From Sphagnum compactum (lineage: Eukaryota), in assembly GCA_965153455.1 (NCBI GenBank), contig OZ234494.1, forward strand, positions 7,936,001-8,000,000: a stretch of DNA of 64,000 bases, in the 5' to 3' direction. Positions 54,855 through 64,000 of this stretch are shown piece after piece. A program made the translations under genes and the position numbers. A model generated the notes under the pieces. The model worked only from the letters and a program-made list of their open reading frames with translations, had not been told where the DNA came from and did not search any database. Position 1 is the first letter of the stretch. Each line of letters starts with the position of its first letter.

Positions 54855-55020
54855 ATATAATCACTTTTGTCTCTCTTTTGTCAACTTGTAATCATGAATA
54901 ATGGGGGGAAGGTTTGCACTACTTTGAATCCATGGGCTTAGTTCATGGCATCTTTGAACAATGACTAACCCTTTGCAAATCAAAGCTTGAAGTTGCATGT
55001 CAACGCTACTTTCAAAATGA
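54855..55020 (+). pseudogene. PLS-class PPR pseudogene, 3' continuation after the retrotransposon
   Basis: IITFVSLLSTCNHE*WGEGLHYFESMGLVHGI continues EGVEPD as in the consensus PDxITFxxLLxACSHxGLVxEG..YFxSM. Confidence 0.8.
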
Positions 55021-56280
55021 GCACATCAATATAAAAAAAACCTTGATTTAATTCATATAAATCCCTAGCTCATGGATGAAGTTTCTTTACAATTGTTCAT
55101 TTTTCATCCATAATGATAAAAATTCATCCATCACCATACATGTGTCATTCAATGATGAATCCATTCACTTCATCTTTCATCTATTAAGGGATGAACTTCA
55201 TTCATCATATCCAATTTCCATCTATTGTTTTATGTTTATGTCCCGTGTGTTTCAATTTACGAGTTTTTTTTCAATTGTGATATTGGAAGGACTTGTTGGG
55301 GGGAATCAAATCAATTTTTGAGAGCATGGTGAAGGCTATTGATTACATATTTTAGAAACATTATTCATTTATTGGAAAGTAAAATTTGTAGCCACAAAGG
55401 AAACAAAAATTCAGAAAACCACACACACACCAAACCAATGAAAGAAAAAAATGATGAAATTGATTGCCAACAAAGGTGGCAACCAATTGATCCATATATA
55501 TGTATACTATTGTACCTTGGCAGCAGAAGAAACTATATTACCTTTTAAAATGCTGAAATTTTCAAAAATTACTTCTCTCAAAAACCCAATTTTTGTGAAG
55601 TACAAATACCTGAAACAACTTCAACCATTAAGAAAACATCCAGCAGATAGCACCACCTTCATCTCTACCCACACCACTACAGGATTTGCAGCATGACCTC
55701 CATTCTATATACATAAATCTGAAGATAGTGTGGATCAGTATATGAAAAATTACTCCCCTAGTTTTTAACCACAGCTCAACTGTGACACAATCCCTGTAGA
55801 ATGCAGAAGAGATACTTGGTCAAGTTTGATCAACAGATTTCCTTCCCTTGGGGACTCTTGTCCTTTGCTGAAGTCCAACTCACTCTGGCAGTTGGGCTGT
55901 GTTGGTACTCAGGGATCCAATGCAGCTGGGTCACCACACAGGCAATTGCAAAATCTATCCAGACCAGGAAGACTGTTTGTGTCCTTTACTGTCTTGTCCC
56001 AAAACATTAGTGAGGTCTGCCACTAATTCCATGTCTTGTACCCTACTTTCCTTGCAGTCCTCCTGTTTGGGGCTCTAATGTACAAATGAATGTCCCTGCC
56101 ATGAAGGGATGACTGTTTGATTGCTAAACAATGGGCCTTATGACAAAATTGAGCAGCAGTAGAGTCTTCTTCCACTTTTGTGAGCTTTCATGAACTCTAC
56201 TGTGCAGCAACATGAATATTTTCATTTACTCTACAATCTCTTCAGTGACCTAGAGTTTCAACAATAAATTCTCCACTGAC

Positions 56281-57812
56281 CTACAATTTCCTTAACAGTT
56301 TGGGTGTCCATCTCACACCTCTCTCCTTGCGGGAAAGGTGAATGCGGTTCTCGGTTGTGTACTTGAGGCCTGCTTGCTGGAGTGCTGCTCGTGTAATTTT
56401 TTCTGGAGAGAAACCAGCTCTTGTCATTTGGTCATAAACTGACTCTGCATCTGCCAGTTGGTTTGCTTTACAATATGTTTGTATCATAGTGTTGTAAGAA
56501 ACAGCATCAGGGGTGACTCCTTGTGCAATCATTTTACGAAACAAAATGGCAGCTTGAACAGAGTGGCCTTCCCGCCCATAAGCACCGAGGAGGATGTTGT
56601 AGAGAGTAATATCTGGCTGACAACCAGTAGCCAGCATTTCATTGTAGTATTTCCCCACTTCCTGTAGCATGCTGAGTCGGCCATAGGCTTGTATGACTGA
56701 GCTCCATGCCACCACATTAGGTTTGAAGCCATTTGCTTGCATTTGCCTAAACATGTGTGCAGCTTCTTCGACTAGTCCTGCCTTTCCATAGACAGAGATC
56801 ATGAGGCTGTAAATGGTTGAATCTGGACAGCACCCTGACTGCTTCATTTCGAGAAAAGTATCAATTGCTTCCTGATGCTTGTATGTACGACTATAGAGCT
56901 GAATCAACCCAGCAAAGGTGACCACATTTGGCTCAAGCCCTGCTGCTCTGAGGCTAGCGTACACCTCCAAACCCTCATTGTACTTGCCTGTTTGTGCATG
57001 CATGGTCAGCAAGGTATTATATGTCACAAGGTTGGGTGTGGCATCAGTTGAACACATTTCCTGAATCAAGGTTGAAGCTCTCTCTGCATGCCCTGCCTTG
57101 CTTAGAACAGAGAGGAATGTGTTGTAGGACTGGGCACTGGGTAGGAGACCTTTATGCTTCATGCTTAGGAAGAGTTTCTCAGCCTTTTCAATGGGGAGGC
57201 CAGCCCTTCCAACAGCATTCAAGAGAGTGTTGAAAGTGATTTCATCTGCATGGATCCCCCTAGTCACCATATCCTCATACAGTCTCCATGCCTTCTTGAA
57301 ATTCCCATTCCTTCCATAAGCCCCTATCATTGCATTGTAGGAGTACACCAATACTGGGATGTCTGAGGACAACATGGAATCAAAAACCTCGCGGGCTCTG
57401 CTTACCATGCCTACACGTCCCAACACCCCAATAATTGAACTGTAAGTGTGTCCATTTGGTTTCAGTCGACGTTTTTGCTGTTGCATCCAACTAAACACTT
57501 CAAAAGCAAGTGCTCCTTCATGGTGACATCCAAGCTCCTTTATAACATTGCACAGATCTACTCTTGTGATCTTTCCCACCCATGTATCAAGCAGATTTGT
57601 GACAGCCCAAGATCCCGAATCCTCACGTTGGGCTCCCAGAAGTTCATTTATAATTGTCTCAACTCTCTGTCTGCAATCCTCCTCTGACCATGGTGGCTGT
57701 GGAGGCACTCTTCGCACCCTAATTGGTCCTCGCCAGATCCTCTTGGTCTTCCTCTGAGTTTCAACAACCACTGTATCCTCCATCTCCAACAAGGGACCCT
57801 CTTTCTCCTCCT
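56281..57812 (-). CDS. P-class pentatricopeptide repeat protein, last exon (10 PPR motifs)
   Basis: Open frame with about 35-aa repeats: HTYSSII, YSYNAMI, ITFNTLL, QSYNTFL, VTYNTLL, VTFAGLI, TIYSLMI, VAWSSVI, TLYNILL, VSYNTMI. Phase-1 acceptor TGAAG| ahead of 57812. Confidence 0.9.
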
Positions 57813-58206
57813 CTTCACAAGAACAATACTAACTCAAATCAGCAACAGATGATTTTCCTCTGGCACTATCTCCATCCATATGCAAACAACACTTTGACTC
57901 TTCCACACAAAACAACATGAGATTAGAGGACTAGACACATGGCCAAGAATTGCTGACCTTGAAAGCCTGGCATTTAGGGTTTCCCTTAGAACTAAGAGGG
58001 TTGTCACAACAATGCTACGGCAGGAGAGAAGAGGACAAGAGCCTCTTCTGCAAACACAGGACTGAAGCAGTATACAAATAACCACTGCAATAACCCTACT
58101 GTTTTCTTAGAGATCCCTTACACTAAAGCTTAGTGCAAAATCTGGAGACAGTTTGCTCTTACTGAGAATCAGTTACAATGACACAAATCAGGAAGAGAAA
58201 CACTAC

Positions 58207-58426
58207 CTTCAGCAGGGATGCAAGTGACTGTCATGGGAGAGAAAGAAGAAAAGTCTTCAATGGAGCCCAAGTGCAGCAGAGAGGAGGAGCCACCAGCACC
58301 AGCACCATTGCATGCGTCAAGAGAGACTTGATTGGAATCCACACTCGCCCTCCTCGCCTTCTCAAACTCCTCCCAGTCTGCAGAATTCTTTTTTGATAAC
58401 CCATGGCATCTTAGCTCTAGCAAAAG
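58207..58426 (-). CDS. PPR protein, probable exon 2 (5' boundary uncertain)
   Basis: Open frame ..DWEEFEKARRASVDS..CIPAE. The donor GAAG|GTAGTG is phase 1 and matches the last-exon acceptor. Confidence 0.5.
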
Positions 58427-58703
58427 CTTGGAAAAATTGCAGCAGGAGAAGAACAAAATTGGCACAAAAAGTTGATTAACATTCTTTCATCATCAGATGC
58501 CATAGACTTGGTTTGTGAAGAAGATTTTTTTTGCAAGAATTCAGATCTCACAAAGGAATTCTGTTCAACACTCTCGTTGCAGATGCATCTCTATCCTCTT
58601 GTTGCTTGCTTTTGTGTCTACAGCTTCTACAAGCAGCAGCCGATGACATTCCAGAGCATCGTGAGAAGAGAATGCAGAGAGAGGCAGAGCAAAAGGTTCA
58701 TAC

Positions 58704-59204
58704 CCAATGAATCCTGCCAGGATCGATGACTTCGACAACAGCCGCTGCCGCGGCGTCGTGCTGCGGCTGCTGCTGCTCCACGTTCACATCCGCGGTCACA
58801 CAAACACCAACTTCCGCTCCCTCGTTCCGCTCTCCTCGAACAACGACCAGCAGCCTCTCTCTCTGCTTCCTACACGGCGGCCGACGCTTTCTCCTGGTGG
58901 CGTAATAGCATGACCTGAAAAGCCGATTTCCAGTATCGGACACACAGAAGAGACGAGAACCGGAGATGGAGGAGGAGGAGGAGGGCAAGAGGGAGACGAC
59001 AAGGCGAGAAGAAGAAGAAGAAGCAGACTGGTTGCTGCTGGTGGTGGAAGGAGCAGAAGAAGAAGAAGAAGAAGAAAAGTCACCACAATCAAAAGGAGGC
59101 AACGAAGGAAGAACAAGTCTGGTGCCAGAAACGACAGAAACACGAGGAGAAACAACAACGCCAAAGCTACTGCTGCTGCTACGAGCTTCCCACATGGTAA
59201 GCAT
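58704..59204 (-). CDS. PPR protein, probable exon 1 (Ser/Arg-rich organelle transit-peptide-like)
   Basis: MLTMWEARSSSSSFGVVVSPRVSVVS..poly-Ser..RRKRR. GC-rich. Donor TGG|GTATGA. Start at 59204 or 59195. Confidence 0.55.
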
Positions 59205-59269
59205 GTGGGCAAGAAGAATGCTTTGTGCGTGCGGAGGATATGTGCATAACAAAAACACAGAGACACACA

Positions 59270-59470
59270 AACACACACACACACACACACAAGAAAGAAA
59301 GAAAGAAGGAAGAAGAAGAAGAAGAAGAAGCAAACCACAAACTATCACATTTGCTTGTGCACAATAATAACACACACAATAAAATTCTGGAATGCAAAAA
59401 CAACAACAAAGATCAAACACAAAAAAGCAAATTACTCACTCACACACACTCACATACTCACTCACTTTAG
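59270..59470. repeat. Microsatellite cluster (CA)n, (GAAA)n, (GAA)n in the PPR 5' region
   Basis: Directly visible repeats. Confidence 0.85.
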
Positions 59471-61074
59471 CTTCTCATGAAAAAAAAACATCAATCTACA
59501 ACACAGAAGAAAGAAGAACCTCACACATTTTATCAATATGATTAAGATTATGATTATTATTATTCTAGATGATGCAAAAGAGATTTAAGTCCATCAAAAT
59601 GCAAATTCCTCCAAACCTTTTTTCCTTAGAGAACTCACAACACAGAAACCCACACATTACAACAACAACAATAATTTTTTAAATTTATTTTTAAAATTTA
59701 ATTAGTGAATTAATTAATTAATTTTGGGGGTGCAAAAACCAAAAGCTCTTTCACATATTATTATTATTATTAAGCTACCAAAATTGAATATGAAAAACCC
59801 AAAGAGAAGATGAGGAGGAGGTGTGGTGGGCATGGGCATGGCATCCACCCACAAGCATCATCATCAGCACCCACCCATAGTGGTGCCCAGTGGTGGGTTT
59901 TAAAAAATATATTAAAAAAACAATAATTATTATTTTGGGGAAAATTTTCGCATCCTGGTGAACCCAAAAAAATAAAAATAAAAACACCAGTGCAACAAAT
60001 ACAAGGTTTTTTTTTAAAAAAAATTTTTGGGGGGGAGGAGGGGCAAAAAAAGGCCTAAAGTCGCCACTCTATGAGGAAAAAGAAAAACTTGGAATCGCCA
60101 TATTTAGACAATAGGTTTTAGCATATCACAAAAATATAGCACCATTCCTAAATTTTTAAAGACTTTTTCTCTTGACCATTGATTATTATTGTTATTATTA
60201 TTTTTCAAATTTTTCTGATCCTGCAACTTGTGTCATTGGCTATAGCATCTATTTAAAGATGGATTTAGCATTAAATGGCGACAAGTTCTTAAAACTTATC
60301 TAAATATATAGGAAAAAACTAGTTAAAAAAATATGCTACCAAACTCAAATCAGAGTTCAAATGTGACGAAAGTTTTTTCAAAAAAATTTCATAATCTAAT
60401 CTGGCGATTTCTTATCAGAAAAAAAGAAGGAATAATCGCTTTTTATTTGTATTTTTTCCAATTTGGCGAAATGTCACCCCCAGAAAAAAAAAAGAAAAAA
60501 GAAAAAAGAAAAAGCTGCTACTGACCTGTAGCCAAAGGTCACTAAGTCCTCTTTGTGGACAATCACCAGGTTCCAGTGAATTTGTTTTCCAAATTTCAGA
60601 TGTTGCAATACTGGCTAGCATCCCAAGAGGGATTTAGCCATTAAATGACAAAACGTTTTTTGAATCTCTCTAAACAGTAAAAAAACAAAAAAACTCGTTA
60701 AAAAAATGCTACGTACTAAAATAAAAAAGCAGAGTCCAAAGGTGGTGAAAAAGATTTCAAAAATTCTTTTTTCTCGAAATTTGGCAATTCTTTTTTCAGA
60801 TAACCGAGAATATTGCGACAGAATACTTGCGCTTGAATTGAAAGGTTTTTTTTTTCGCATTTTGGCGATCATCATCATCATCCTCTTCGCGTCTTATATT
60901 GCTGTCCACAGCTTCTCTATCTCTAATTCTTCAACCTCCACTCACTTTCTTTCGCCCAAAAAATATAAAATTAAAAAAATATAAAATCCAAAAAGAATTT
61001 TTTTTCTCATAACTACTACTGTGGGGGATGTTTCAGAAGAGATTCCAACTTGGAGCCTATTGGAATCTTTGAAA

Positions 61075-61800
61075 TTCAGAGATTCTAAAAATTCTTGTTG
61101 TGTTCTTCAGAGATTATTCTCTTGGATGATTTCTTCGAGTCTGCAAGGGCAGAGATTCTCTCTCCCCGTAGTGTTTATTTATTGAGTCTGTAATTTGGGA
61201 GAATTTTCTCTTGTTGCATTCTTGTCGAGTCTGCCAATTTTTTTTTTAATTTTTTTTTTTCAGAGATTCTTAAATTCTTGAGTCTGCCAGTGCAGAGATT
61301 CTCTCGAATTATTTGAGTCTGAAATTTCGAGATCCTCTGAATAAAATTCTTGAGTCCCACAATTCAGAGATTCATTGCGTATTCTTGAGAGTCTGCAATT
61401 TTTTTAGAGATTCTCAAATTCTTTGAGTGCCCATTTTTCTCATTTGAATTCTTGAGTCTACAATTCAGAGATTCTCTTGGATTCTTGAGTCTGCAATTCA
61501 GAGATTCTAGAATATTCTTGAGTCTGCAATTTAGAGTTTCTTGAATTCTTGAGTGCACAATTCAAAGATTGTCACATTCTTGTGTGCATTTCAGAGATTC
61601 TGGAGTCCACAATTCAGCAATTTGTGAATTCTTCTGTGCCCGTTTCAGAGACTCTCCAATTCTTTGAAAGTCTGCAATTCTTCAGAGACCTACCTATTCT
61701 CGAATGATTGAGTGCACATTTTCTGAAAATTCAGAATTCTCGAGTCCAAAAACTCAGAGATTCTCAAATTCTTCTGGAGTGTGCATTTTAGAGATTCAGA
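61075..61800. repeat. Degenerate minisatellite, about 30-bp unit (TTCTTGAGTCTGCAATTCAGAGATTCT...)
   Basis: Unit recurs many times and is best conserved at 61449-61560. The minus strand reads as a repeating ESLNCRLKN peptide. Confidence 0.85.
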
Positions 61801-62286
61801 GGTCCAGGATCTTTTTTCCAACACAATAATTTTACAAGGGGAAATTTGACTCGTCATCATCATCATCATCTTCTTCTTCTAGACCCATTATTCAGCATCA
61901 GATATTTCTCCATTCAGAGACATTCTCCAACTATTCTTAACCAAGACATTTTCTCTCCCAAATTGATGTTGCAACTGGGAAGGCAGCAGATGGCTTCTTC
62001 TGAGAACACAATACCAAAGAAAACCATACCAATTGCACAATGCAAGTTCTTGGTGAGATTCTGGAGTTTCCTAGAGTCAAGATTACTACTATGGTAATCT
62101 TTTTCATTCAATCATGTGTGCAAGATGTCAAGTCTTGCACAGGGAAACATCTCAAATGTGTATAAATTAGATGCAATTGTTTTGCCCTGAGAGAAAGATG
62201 TAGGCATAGGTGTGATTCATGGAGTGAAGATCAGTTCAGCAGCTTATCAAGGACGATGGACCTGATCACAGCTTATCACAGACTCC

Positions 62287-62655
62287 ATGATCAACTCAAT
62301 GACTCCCAAGGAATGTGCAGATTTGGAGCTTCTTGCCAAGTCTCCTTCAAGAAGGAGATGTGTTGCACTTGGATCTGGAAGAACCCAAGAGCAGGTAAAT
62401 GTTCTAAACTGTAGTGTCACAGATTTTTCAGATGCTTATGCGGATGAAGAATCTGGCAAATGTGATGCAAGAGGCAGTTCAATCCCTGGCTTGGAATTAG
62501 GCTCGGAGGACCCACATAGTGGACAATCAAAGGCAAAACCAGGCACAGCGAAAAGGAAGAAGAGCAGCTGGGGATTTCAATCCTGGTTCATCAGCTCAGG
62601 AGCAGAGGAAGTGCTGTTCCAAAAGGATTTGGTGCCAAAAAATGAACAAAGAGAG
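62287..62655 (+). CDS. Possible exon of unknown function
   Basis: 127-aa ORF with coding-like composition and a possible donor GAG|GTGAT at 62656. No recognisable motif, and no in-frame join to the SHIPPO segment was found. Confidence 0.3.
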
Positions 62656-63683
62656 GTGATGTCCTTCTAACCCACATCTTCCATTTCTATTCCACATATT
62701 TCCAATGTTGTCAACTCAAGCAAGAGTTCAAGAGGGAGAAGGGCTGCAATGATATTTGATGATAGTATAATAAGGAAAATGTTTCCATTTTCAAAGGGTC
62801 ATGACTGTTGAGTATGAACTAGCACACCACCAAACCCCTATCTCCTCCAACTGTTGGATAACCTTCCTTTTCAGTGACCATCCCCATGCTTACACCTTTC
62901 CTCTTGAACCTGGGCTGGCTGAGCAAATCACAACCTAGGAAGAAGAGGTTGAACACAAATTGATTACCTAGCGCATTATTGCACCTTATGTAGGAAAGTA
63001 TAAAACCTTGCGATGTGCCCAGCAGAATCTACATACCAACATACTTGGAAGAGAAAAATAACATGCTAGAGTGAACATAACATTAGATAAAAATGTGGAG
63101 GAAGAAGATATAATGGCAGTGTCAAGCATTATATGCACATAATTTTCTCTTCTCAACATTATCTAAATTTTGCTTTCAAAACTCAAGCTCATGACTTGTA
63201 TTATTGCACCATGGTTCAAAACTGAAGCACCTTATGAGATCATCCCAATTCAACTACTGTTGTGAACTTTGTGTGTATCGCAGATCTTGTAAGAATGTGT
63301 GTGAATTGAGTCTTTTTCGCAGCAACACTACCCAACTTGACTCAATGCTAATATACTGCAGACCTCTCAAATGCATCATGTTGTAATCTGCCAGCCTAAT
63401 AGTGAACTATATATATATATAAATATATCCATTGTTGCTGATTGTAATATATAACAGTGGGAATGGCACGAAAGTGATGGAAATTAGATATAAACCTTTT
63501 GATGAGCTTTGAAGATTATGACCTAGCATCAACTAGTGATGATGAACTCAGGGCCTCTTTCTTAGCCAGCTCATCTAAGATGATTGCTTCTGTATCCAAT
63601 TTCTGCTGAAACTATGCTGGACCAGTGTTGTACAGGTCGAGAGATCACACTTTTGGTGTTAAGTTGGTTCAAGCCATGTAAAC

Positions 63684-64000
63684 ATGGAAGACTCTAGTCA
63701 AGAAGACAACCCAGGGCCAGGAGCATATAGTCCAGTTGACAAACTCACTGCCCCAACAGCACCAGCTTACTCATTGCCTGCACGATTGAACACACATCAA
63801 CCCAATTCCAATCCTGGACCTGGAACATACAATCTAAGAGAACGCTTCAAGGAAGGACCGGCATACTCTATTGCAGGAAGGAGAAGTACACACCAAAAAG
63901 ACTCTACTCCTGGCCCAGGTACATACCATGACAATGTGGACTTCGCCAAAAGTTCTCCTCCTAGCTACAGCCTTGCTGATAGATTAAACACACACCAAGA
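63684..64000 (+). CDS. SHIPPO-repeat (ODF3-like, sperm-tail PG-rich) protein, partial; runs off the window end
   Basis: My translation from ATG 63684: MEDSSQEDNPGPGAYSPVDKLTAPTAPAYSLPARLNTHQPNSNPGPGTYNLRERFKEGPAYSIAGRRSTHQKDSTPGPGTYHDNVDFAKSSPPSYSLADRLNTHQ. Three PGPGxY...PxYS[LI]xxR repeats. Confidence 0.85.
   Translation, partial: MEDSSQEDNPGPGAYSPVDKLTAPTAPAYSLPARLNTHQPNSNPGPGTYNLRERFKEGPAYSIAGRRSTHQKDSTPGPGTYHDNVDFAKSSPPSYSLADRLNTHQ

Noticed and set aside
56281-57812. Assigning a specific gene symbol (for example EMB2654-like) to the PPR gene
   Set aside because: Only a vague N-terminal resemblance from memory. Orthology cannot be established here.
58796-59470. Several Glu-rich or Leu-rich ORFs
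   Set aside because: Alternative-frame readings of microsatellites overlapping the PPR first exon and UTR.
61075-61800. CRISPR-like array
   Set aside because: Units are degenerate and adjacent, with no unique constant-length spacers, no cas genes, and a eukaryotic context. It is a minisatellite.

Overview
Eukaryotic, intron-containing land-plant DNA. A bryophyte, probably a Sphagnum-like moss, is inferred from gene content and repeat style and is not proven. Three apparently intact genes and one partial gene sit in GC-richer islands: (1) a TRM/LONGIFOLIA-like DUF4378 gene (+, about 1.8-7.1 kb); (2) a 4-exon GH43 glycoside hydrolase (-, 33.7-37.0 kb); (3) a P-class PPR gene with a likely organelle transit peptide (-, 56.3-59.2 kb); (4) a SHIPPO-repeat (ODF3-like, PGPGxY) coding segment that runs off the right edge and is missing from the ORF track. 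The AT-rich spacers hold nested, decayed mobile elements. These are a DUF659/hAT transposase relic split by a TIR element, a SWIM-finger relic split by a solo LTR, two further solo LTRs, a TTAA-flanked MITE, and a near-full-length CRE-like non-LTR retrotransposon (RT plus restriction-like endonuclease) inserted in a PLS-class PPR pseudogene. Several minisatellites and a gene-flanking dispersed repeat family are also present. No prokaryotic systems, CRISPR arrays, rRNA or tRNA genes were recognised. Splice models were derived by eye from GT-AG sites and phase consistency.
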